DNA of 64,000 nucleotides from Pseudomonadales bacterium (GTDB lineage: Bacteria; Pseudomonadota; Gammaproteobacteria; Pseudomonadales; Azotimanducaceae): positions 1,310,842 to 1,374,841 of the forward strand of contig CAXXJO010000002.1 in the NCBI GenBank assembly GCA_963422285.2, in the 5' to 3' direction. This document shows positions 57,733 through 64,000 of the stretch, one piece after another (the stretch's first letter is position 1; each line of letters begins with the position of its first letter). A model generated the notes under the pieces. The model was given only the letters and a program-made list of their open reading frames with translations. It had not been told where the DNA came from and did not search any database. Both the position numbers and the translations under genes were made by a program.

Positions 57733-58312
57733 GCGCATGCCGGCGCATGGCAGGGCCCCGGCATGCCGACTGCCGGCGCAGCATCCACAAGCCGGGAACC
57801 AGCCCGGCCAACATTCCCGCCACATGCGTATGCACAGCCACATCCGTCGTCCAGGGCCGGAAGAACCCCGCTGCCCCAGACAGCAAGGCCGCAGACAGGA
57901 GCGCTGTAGCGGCACCGGCCAGCCAAGGCGAGCGACGCGCCAGAACGCACACCGCCATCGCCGCCAAGCCGTGCAGGACGCCGGAGAATCCAGCAAACGG
58001 CGCCTGCTCCGGCAAGGCCACAGCCACCAAGCCGATGGCAGCCATCAGGCCAGCGCAGCACACCAGGATGAAGCCGAACCCGGCAAAACGATGCAACACC
58101 GCCAGCGCCAAGGCGAATCCCGTCGCGTTCGTCAACGCATGGCCGGCGTCCAAGTGCGCGAGATGGGCGGTGGCGAGGCGCCATATCTCGCCATCGAGCA
58201 CTGCCTCGCGCTGGAACTCCAGCAAGCGCAGCCAAGACGAGGCCAGCAGGATCAGGAGGGCCGATATGCCGAATCCCGCAATGAAATCCCGCACCGCCCG
58301 GCGCGGCGTCAC
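57548..58312 (-). CDS. rrtA: rhombosortase (GlyGly-CTERM protein-sorting rhomboid)
   Basis: GTG at 58312 overlaps the upstream stop (GTGA). Contains GEIWRLATAHLAHLDAGHALTN, GFSGVLHGL (catalytic Ser) and HVAGMLAG (catalytic His). A 74-aa Arg/Pro/Ala-rich tail follows the last TM segment. Confidence 0.75.
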   Translation of the reverse strand: MTPRRAVRDFIAGFGISALLILLASSWLRLLEFQREAVLDGEIWRLATAHLAHLDAGHALTNATGFALALAVLHRFAGFGFILVCCAGLMAAIGLVAVALPEQAPFAGFSGVLHGLAAMAVCVLARRSPWLAGAATALLSAALLSGAAGFFRPWTTDVAVHTHVAGMLAGLVPGLWMLRRQSACRGPAMRRHALIRPHPPASGAGASVRRRESAPSDRSASGPLLASADRPGSRPAAHRPPALSAACRVPLCRA

Positions 58313-59223
58313 GAAGAAAGACGCTTCGGCCTCGAGAAGCCAACACCAGCCGCGGCGACAGCCAGCGCGAGCAGCAGCAGCCAGGGCGCGGATGCTGCCC
58401 GGGTGCCCTTGCTTTTCGCGTAGGCGATCTGCACGGAGCCGTCCTCCTTTACCTTCTCGCCGAAGCGTTCGATCTCCGCCTTGAGGTTTTCCGTCATGCT
58501 GGCGGCCGCCCGCTCGAAGCTCTCGGCGGCCAATTGCCGCGACTTGGCGGCCGCAGCGATGGCCGTGGACTGACCCTTGGCATGGTCGGTGCCGGGAGCG
58601 CGCAGCAGCAGCGTTCGCGTGTCCAGGTCGAACACGGCGATATCCAGCAGCGTGTGGACCGTGTTGCGGCTCGCCGGAATGACATAGGAACCGATGATGG
58701 TCCAGTAGAGAACCGACGCCGCGGTATCGTCCGAGGTGGTCATCTGATCCCACGAAACGAGCGCGAACACGTCCAGGTCGTACAGCCGGGCCGTCTGCTC
58801 CAGCGCCTCGAAGCCGCGATTGTTCTGCAGATAGATCGACGGAACGACCTCGATGGACTTCACGTAGTCCGCGCCCCGGAACTGCTCGCTTACCGCTTCC
58901 AGCAGCTCCAGGCGCTGGTCTGGCGTCAGCGCGTCCGACCCCAGGCGCCCCGCCATCTCGCCGCGGGTGGGCACGAAGGCGACACCCACCTTGAGCGGCA
59001 GTTCGAGCCGCGGGATGCCCTTGCGCTCGTGGTCGGGCGTTTTCTCGTCGGGATACAGAAATTCCACCATGCTCGACCTAGTGCGTTCCGGCCCCCGCAT
59101 ATCGGAGAAGAAAGCGGTGCAGGCCGGCGTCAGCAACGTCGCGACGAGCAGTGCGACGCAGGCAAGGCGTCTCGACGCAGCCGTGCCGGCGGGTTCCGGC
59201 GGCGGGCGTTTGGCGATAATCAT
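58309..59223 (-). CDS. rhombotail lipoprotein (lipoprotein with a GlyGly-CTERM-like sorting tail)
   Basis: N-terminal LACVALLVATLLTPAC is lipobox-like. C-terminal ..GTRAASAPWLLLLALAVAAAGVGFSRPKR is a TM helix plus basic tail. The gene sits immediately upstream of the rhombosortase. Confidence 0.65.
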   Translation of the reverse strand: MIIAKRPPPEPAGTAASRRLACVALLVATLLTPACTAFFSDMRGPERTRSSMVEFLYPDEKTPDHERKGIPRLELPLKVGVAFVPTRGEMAGRLGSDALTPDQRLELLEAVSEQFRGADYVKSIEVVPSIYLQNNRGFEALEQTARLYDLDVFALVSWDQMTTSDDTAASVLYWTIIGSYVIPASRNTVHTLLDIAVFDLDTRTLLLRAPGTDHAKGQSTAIAAAAKSRQLAAESFERAAASMTENLKAEIERFGEKVKEDGSVQIAYAKSKGTRAASAPWLLLLALAVAAAGVGFSRPKRLSS

Positions 59224-59687
59224 GATCGAGTCTCCGGCAACGGAAGGGTGGGAACGAAACGATATTTCGCATCCGCCAGGAACCTAGCGGCGCAGGCCGA
59301 GCCAGACGCGCCAGCGCCACAGGCTGAACCTGATCGGCAAGCGCACTTCGTGGTCGTGGTCGGCGTAGCAGGTGGCCGGTGATTGATGGCAGGGCTGCGC
59401 TGATGCCAGAGGCAGTCCGACCGGCTGATGAAGGCACTAGGTCTGCTCGAAAAAAACACCTTCATGGCCCAGGATTGGAACACCGTGGGATGCTGCAGTT
59501 CATATGGCGATCGGGGCCATGAACGGGCCGACGGTACCGTGTGCGAACAGCGGCACCAATCGAGGCCAGTTCGTGCCGACGATGTCGAGGTAGGCGAAGC
59601 AGGCCAATGCGTCCGTTGCGAAAACAAAGGGGACGATATGCTTCAGAATCCAAGACACGATACATAGTGTGATTTTTCAAGGCACAA

Positions 59688-59713
59688 CTACTAGTTGCAG
59701 CTACTAGTTGCAG
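59688..59713. repeat. 13-bp perfect tandem duplication
   Basis: CTACTAGTTGCAG x2. It contains the near-palindrome CAACTA-C-TAGTTG. Confidence 0.9.
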
Positions 59714-60106
59714 CTCCCAAAACAAACCCAGGCGGCAGACGGTCTGCGCCCAGCCGCGCGGATCGTTGCGCTGCATGAGTTCGGCTGGAAGCGCCTTGTC
59801 GATGGAGCTTCGGCGCCAGGATGTCTTGCAGTCCGCAGCAAAAGCCGCTTGCTTCATTCGCCACCCTATGAACGGCAGGGGTTTGGATTCCCTTGATCGG
59901 CGAACCTCGTGGCCCGAATCCGCACGAAGGCAGCCACAGCGCGCTACCTGACCCCGACCGCGGCTTCGGCAACGGGCACGGGGGGCCGGTCGCGGCGCGA
60001 GACTAGAGGCATGCGAAAAACGGACGCGAATGTGCTGCGAAAAACACTGCGCACCGTGGTATGGTATAGCCTCTTCCAGGTCGGGATTTTCAGCGAGGAG
60101 TCGGGC

Positions 60107-60403
60107 ATGGTTCGGGACGGGAGGCTGGGGACCGGGTACGGTCGATTCGCCGCGATGGCCGAGGCGCTGGGCGCGAGCCCCGCGGCGGCGCGGCGCCTGA
60201 CCGATCTGGCGCGCGAGACGGGGATGGCCAAGCAGCAGGCGATCGCGGCGCTGAAGTCGCTGGAGGAGGTCGGGTGGGCGGAGCGCGCCCCGGCCGGGGG
60301 GTGGCGGCTGACGCCCGAGCTCACGCGCATCTCGCAACGGCTGGCGGCGGCGATCGCCGACCTGCACCGGACGTATCTGGGCGCGGACGGGAGCGGGACG
60401 TGA
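60107..60403 (+). CDS. small winged-helix (IclR/MarR-like HTH only) DNA-binding protein
   Basis: ATG at 60107 with GAGGAG 6 nt upstream. Contains ..LARETGMAKQQAIAALKSLEEVGWAERAPAGGWRLTPEL. This is the first gene of the very high-GC block. Confidence 0.5.
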   Translation: MVRDGRLGTGYGRFAAMAEALGASPAAARRLTDLARETGMAKQQAIAALKSLEEVGWAERAPAGGWRLTPELTRISQRLAAAIADLHRTYLGADGSGT

Positions 60404-60464
60404 AAGTCGGACGCGCGGCCGGCCCGACCTGCATCCATCGCGCTGCCGGCGGGCCGGTCCGGGG

Positions 60465-61370
60465 CTAGGGCGCCCCCGACTCGCCCGGCGTCCGCACGGT
60501 GGGGGCCGCCCGCGCCCATCGGAACTCGACTCTCCCCGAGGGGACGATCTCGCCCGCATCCCGTCCGTCCAGGGCGGTCGGCGCGACGCCGAGCACGACG
60601 CGGTCGCCGTCCGTGGAGCGGTGCGCGGACGCGACGGTCCACTGGATCCACCATCGTGCGCGGACGAACAGGTGGAAGAGGTCGCCGGGCCGCACGGCGT
60701 CGTAGAAGGCGGTCTGGTCGCGGCCGTCGGCGTCGACGCGGGAGAGTCCGAGCGTGGCGTTGGCGGTCGTCCGCAGCGAGACCCAGGCGTTGCCGATCGG
60801 CGTCCACACGAGGTCGACCGCGCCCGATCCGTCGGGCGCCGCGTAGTCGCGCCGGCCGAACTTGTACTCGCCGGGGCGGTCGGGCTGGTGCGCTTCGCCG
60901 GCGACGCCGGGCATCGGTCGGTCCATCGCCACGCGATGCCGGTACGCCGGCTCCGCCGCCTCGGCGGGCGGGTCGGCGGGGTCGGCGTCGATCGGCGCGG
61001 GCGCGGCGGTCAGGCGGGCGCCTTCCCTGTATTCCACCCAGTACCGCCTCCACGCGCCCCCCTGCGAGCCCGGCCTGGTCGCCGCCGAGGCGCCGAGGTG
61101 GTCCAGGACGCACAGGTACTCGTCCCAGGCGGCGAGGGTGCCCGCGTCGGTGGCGTCGATGCGGCGCACCCTGCACTTGTCTCCTTCCTCGTAGTCCGAT
61201 CCGGCCGTCCAGGTGCCGACGTCGCGGACGCTCGGCCGGTAGTACTCGCTGATGCGCGACCAGGGGCCGTAGCTGTAGCCGTTGCTGCCGTCCGCCGTCG
61301 CCACGTGCCGCTGCGTGATCTGCCAGGCGGGCAGGCTGCCCGGGGGCAGGGCTTCGTATATCTCCACCAT
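60465..61370 (-). CDS. hypothetical protein, phage tail-fibre/carbohydrate-binding-like
   Basis: 301 aa. It is the only frame here with normal, Trp/Tyr/Asp-rich composition. The stretch GTWTAGSDYEEGDKCRV..WDEYLCVLDH resembles CBM5/12-type motifs. Confidence 0.45.
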   Translation of the reverse strand: MVEIYEALPPGSLPAWQITQRHVATADGSNGYSYGPWSRISEYYRPSVRDVGTWTAGSDYEEGDKCRVRRIDATDAGTLAAWDEYLCVLDHLGASAATRPGSQGGAWRRYWVEYREGARLTAAPAPIDADPADPPAEAAEPAYRHRVAMDRPMPGVAGEAHQPDRPGEYKFGRRDYAAPDGSGAVDLVWTPIGNAWVSLRTTANATLGLSRVDADGRDQTAFYDAVRPGDLFHLFVRARWWIQWTVASAHRSTDGDRVVLGVAPTALDGRDAGEIVPSGRVEFRWARAAPTVRTPGESGAP

Positions 61371-61373
61371 GCG

Positions 61374-63194
61374 CTAGGCCAGGTCGTCTTCGTCGACGTC
61401 TTCGGGGATCGGGCCGCCGAGGTCGGTGCGCCCGACCCGAATCGCCTGCTCGGCGCCCGCGGTCGCGCCGCCGGGGCCGACCGCGCGCACGCGGAACCGG
61501 GCCTCCGCGCCGTCCGCCAGCCCCTCGCCGATCCGATGCCGGCTGGCCAGCGACCCGGCCAGGAGGGTCTGCGCCCCTTCGACCGCGCCGTCGGCGTCCC
61601 GCGTCCGCGCTCGGTAGAGCAGCTGCATCTCGTCCAGCTCCTCGTCGTCCTGCGGGCCGGCCCACCACGCGAACGCCCTGCCTCGGCCGGACGCGACCCG
61701 GACGTCGCGCGCGCGGGGGGCCGCGATCGCGTTGGCGTGGCCGAAGCTGGCGATCCAGGGGCTCAGGCCGGCGGCGTTGCGGGCCGCCGCCCGCACGCTG
61801 TGGATGGAGGTCGCGGCCAGCCCGCCGAAGGTGTGGTCGGACGTCGGGCCGCTCGCCGCGGACCAGTCCGGCAGCGGCGACAGGGATCCCGCCGGATGGA
61901 TGGACAGCGCCAGCCGCGATCCCGCCGCCAGCGCCTCCACCTCGGCCGCCATCGCCGCCTGCGGCGTCGCCGCGCGCCAGTCCGCGATGCCCTGCGCGTC
62001 GTCCACGCGCCACAGTTCCTGCGGCGCGAAGACGTGGCGCAGGCCCGACTCGAACAGCACCGCGACCTCCACCGGCGCCGGGGCGGCGACGGCGCCGACG
62101 ACGTCGCTCCACTTCGCCGCTCCGGAGACGTTGGCGCGCAGCCGCAGCAGGGGCCGGCCGTCGTAGGGGCTCATGGAGATGGTGGTGACGGCCTGTCCGG
62201 GCTGCACCTCGCCGTCCAGGCGGAGGTCGCCGGCCGGAGAGCCGATGTCGAGGGCGGGCCGCCGCAGCGTCAGCGACGCCCGCCCGCCTTGGCCGGCGGC
62301 GTTGAAGAAGTCGACCACCGCCGGCGTGCCGGCGGGCCGCCACCGGTACGGCTCCGACGGGTCGGCGGCGCCGCCCGTCAGGGTCAGGGCGCGGCCCTCG
62401 ACGGCGAGTTCCAGGACGCCGCTCTCCACCACGAAGGCGTGGAGGTTCGGCCCCGCGCCGTATCGCGGCGCGCGGAAGACGGGGTCGAACTGGAGCTCCA
62501 GGTAGCCGTTCGCCGCGCAGAGCACCCGCGTCAGATAGGCGGGCCGGTGGTCCACGGCCAGCAGCGCGGGATCCACCCGGTAGTCGGCGGGCGCGTCCAG
62601 GTCGCCCGCCTCCCACGACATCCGCGTCCCGCGGCGGACCAGCGTCAGGGGGAATCTCTGCCCGACGGCCTCGCCGGCGTCGTAGCGGTAGAGGACGGCG
62701 CCGCTGGAGTCCCGCCCCAGCGTGGCCACGGCGCGGACGATGCTGCCGCCCACGGCGGGCAGGGCCTCGCGCGTTTCGTAGCGGTAGCGCTGCAGCGCGG
62801 GGAGGCGGTCGGTCGCGGCCGGCGGCGTCGCGATCGCCGTGATCTGGTTCGGCCCCTCCACCACGCGGAGGGCCCGCGGGGCGGGGAGCACGGCGGCCCT
62901 GCGCGGCGGGCGGCCGTACGCCACGCGGCCGCGGTAGGCGGGCCGGTCGGAACGCGGGAGGTAGATCGCCACCCAGGTGCGCCGTCCGATCCGCCCGTCG
63001 AAGCTCGACGAGGCGCTCTTCGCCAGGACGTAGCGCTCTCCGTGCCGGTCGACGGCCATGCTGATGGCGGTTTTCCAGTCGAGCGGATCGGCCGGGGGCC
63101 GCGAGCGCTCGTCCAGCATCATCTCCAAGCGTCCGCCCGGCGGGGCGCCCGTGATCCAGATGCCGCCCTGCACGGACGCGACGGCGACCGTCAC
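61374..63194 (-). CDS. large phage tail / host-specificity-like protein with a C-terminal FN3-like domain
   Basis: GTG at 63194 overlaps the upstream stop (GTGA). 606 aa. The C-terminal part reads RDVRVASGRGRAFAWWAGP..LLYRAR..RHRIGEGLADGAEARFRVRAVG, which looks like FN3. The upstream 241 codons of the ORF were rejected. Confidence 0.45.
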   Translation of the reverse strand: MTVAVASVQGGIWITGAPPGGRLEMMLDERSRPPADPLDWKTAISMAVDRHGERYVLAKSASSSFDGRIGRRTWVAIYLPRSDRPAYRGRVAYGRPPRRAAVLPAPRALRVVEGPNQITAIATPPAATDRLPALQRYRYETREALPAVGGSIVRAVATLGRDSSGAVLYRYDAGEAVGQRFPLTLVRRGTRMSWEAGDLDAPADYRVDPALLAVDHRPAYLTRVLCAANGYLELQFDPVFRAPRYGAGPNLHAFVVESGVLELAVEGRALTLTGGAADPSEPYRWRPAGTPAVVDFFNAAGQGGRASLTLRRPALDIGSPAGDLRLDGEVQPGQAVTTISMSPYDGRPLLRLRANVSGAAKWSDVVGAVAAPAPVEVAVLFESGLRHVFAPQELWRVDDAQGIADWRAATPQAAMAAEVEALAAGSRLALSIHPAGSLSPLPDWSAASGPTSDHTFGGLAATSIHSVRAAARNAAGLSPWIASFGHANAIAAPRARDVRVASGRGRAFAWWAGPQDDEELDEMQLLYRARTRDADGAVEGAQTLLAGSLASRHRIGEGLADGAEARFRVRAVGPGGATAGAEQAIRVGRTDLGGPIPEDVDEDDLA

Positions 63195-63943
63195 GCCGGA
63201 CCGCCCGCGTCGTGGCGGCGCGGCTGGCGCGGGCGCTTCGCGGCGCGCGCGAACAGCGTGTTGGCCAATGCGCCGACGTAGAGGCTCTGCGGGGCCGTCC
63301 ACGCCGCGTCGGGCACCGGCGCGCCGGCGCCGGGATACACCGCGTCCGAGTACCAGCAGGTCTGCGCGAAGGGGTCGAACCGCGGACGTTCGACCGACCA
63401 CGCCCCCAGGTCGGTCTGCGCGGCGAGCGGGTTCGAGAAGCGCGCCCCCGTCGGCGTGGCGGGCGGATCGGGGACGATGCGGCCCGGCTTGGCCTGGTAG
63501 ACGCGCACGGTCTGGCTCGTTCCGTCCGCCGCCTCGATGCGCACCGGCTCGCTCCAGGCCCACGTGCCCTTGCGAGCGGCTCGCAGCCCCGTGCTCTGCC
63601 AGGCGAGGCCGGCGCCCGCGACGAAGCCGGCCAGGTCGTGCCACCCTGCGGGCACGCGGCGCGGCCCGACGCGCGGGCGCTCCGGCGTCGTTCCGGCGGG
63701 CTCCCGGCGGTAGACGACGTTGACGTCGCCGGGGGATTCGCACACGCGAACGGGACTCCACGCGCGCGCCGTTCCTCCCGCCCTGCTCCACAGCAGGGTG
63801 TCGTCGGAGTACGCGACGGTGGCGGCGCAGACGACCTGCTGCGTCGCCGGGTCGTAGTCCGGCCACGTCCGGGACCACGGGCCGAGGCCGCCCAGCCGGT
63901 CCGCGCCGTGGTCCCACGTCGCGGCGGTGGGCGCGGCGGGCAT
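63191..63943 (-). CDS. hypothetical phage tail-associated protein
   Basis: 250 aa from ATG 63943, but the frame stays open to the window edge, so the gene may be longer. It shows repeated W-S-x-P-V-R-[IV] motifs. Confidence 0.4.
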   Translation of the reverse strand: MPAAPTAATWDHGADRLGGLGPWSRTWPDYDPATQQVVCAATVAYSDDTLLWSRAGGTARAWSPVRVCESPGDVNVVYRREPAGTTPERPRVGPRRVPAGWHDLAGFVAGAGLAWQSTGLRAARKGTWAWSEPVRIEAADGTSQTVRVYQAKPGRIVPDPPATPTGARFSNPLAAQTDLGAWSVERPRFDPFAQTCWYSDAVYPGAGAPVPDAAWTAPQSLYVGALANTLFARAAKRPRQPRRHDAGGPA

Positions 63944-64000
63944 CCGCGGCTGGCCGACCGGCGCCGTCCGGTAGATCGTCAGTTCGCGGGCGCTGAGGCC

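Noticed and set aside
59944-63281. ORFs 59944..62616 (-, 890 aa), 60621..63281 (+, 886 aa) and other long frames in the very high-GC block
   Set aside because: Almost pure Arg/Gly/Pro/Ala translations. In DNA this GC-rich, stop codons are rare in every frame. Only the chosen minus-strand series has normal amino-acid composition and start/stop coupling.

Overview
This is a 64-kb, high-GC proteobacterial chromosome segment. It looks gammaproteobacterial: fused nuoCD, E. coli-type long NuoG, sdhCDAB, and a rhombosortase pair.

Core genes, in order:
- an RND efflux pump followed by its adaptor, behind a sigma-54-like promoter
- ispA and a large ankyrin-repeat protein
- class I aldolase, sulfatase, YgjP-like metallopeptidase
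- sdhCDAB, a TauD-like dioxygenase and a GST
- a complete nuoA-N operon on the minus strand (18.9-36.1 kb)
- tannase-family esterase, an AddAB-like nuclease/helicase pair, MATE transporter, Amidase_2 protein, PhyH dioxygenase, a 5'-3' exonuclease, and a rhombosortase with its rhombotail lipoprotein

Unusual points:
1. The nuo operon is interrupted twice. A small lipoprotein ORF is translationally coupled to nuoF. A PP2C phosphatase plus about 0.9 kb of AT-richer spacer sits between nuoF and nuoG. The operon is bracketed by two Uma2-family endonuclease genes.
2. The region 50-56 kb is a gene graveyard. It holds an orphan, multiply disrupted cas7u/csb1-like gene with slip-strand microduplications, an exonuclease fragment, and EamA-like and GT39-like pseudogenes. 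It also holds a frameshifted AAA-ATPase/PD-(D/E)XK gene, whose second, internally deleted copy lies at 7.7 kb.
3. That region is framed by two paralogous cysteine-rich secreted proteins of unknown function.
4. A decayed vapBC module abuts the AddAB-like pair.
5. From about 60.1 kb to the window end the composition jumps to much higher GC. This stretch carries overlapping phage-tail-like ORFs, so it is probably a foreign or prophage-derived block.

No rRNA gene, tRNA gene, CRISPR array or intact IS element was found. All calls rest on reading the translations and the sequence by eye. No database search and no numeric GC or codon statistics were run.
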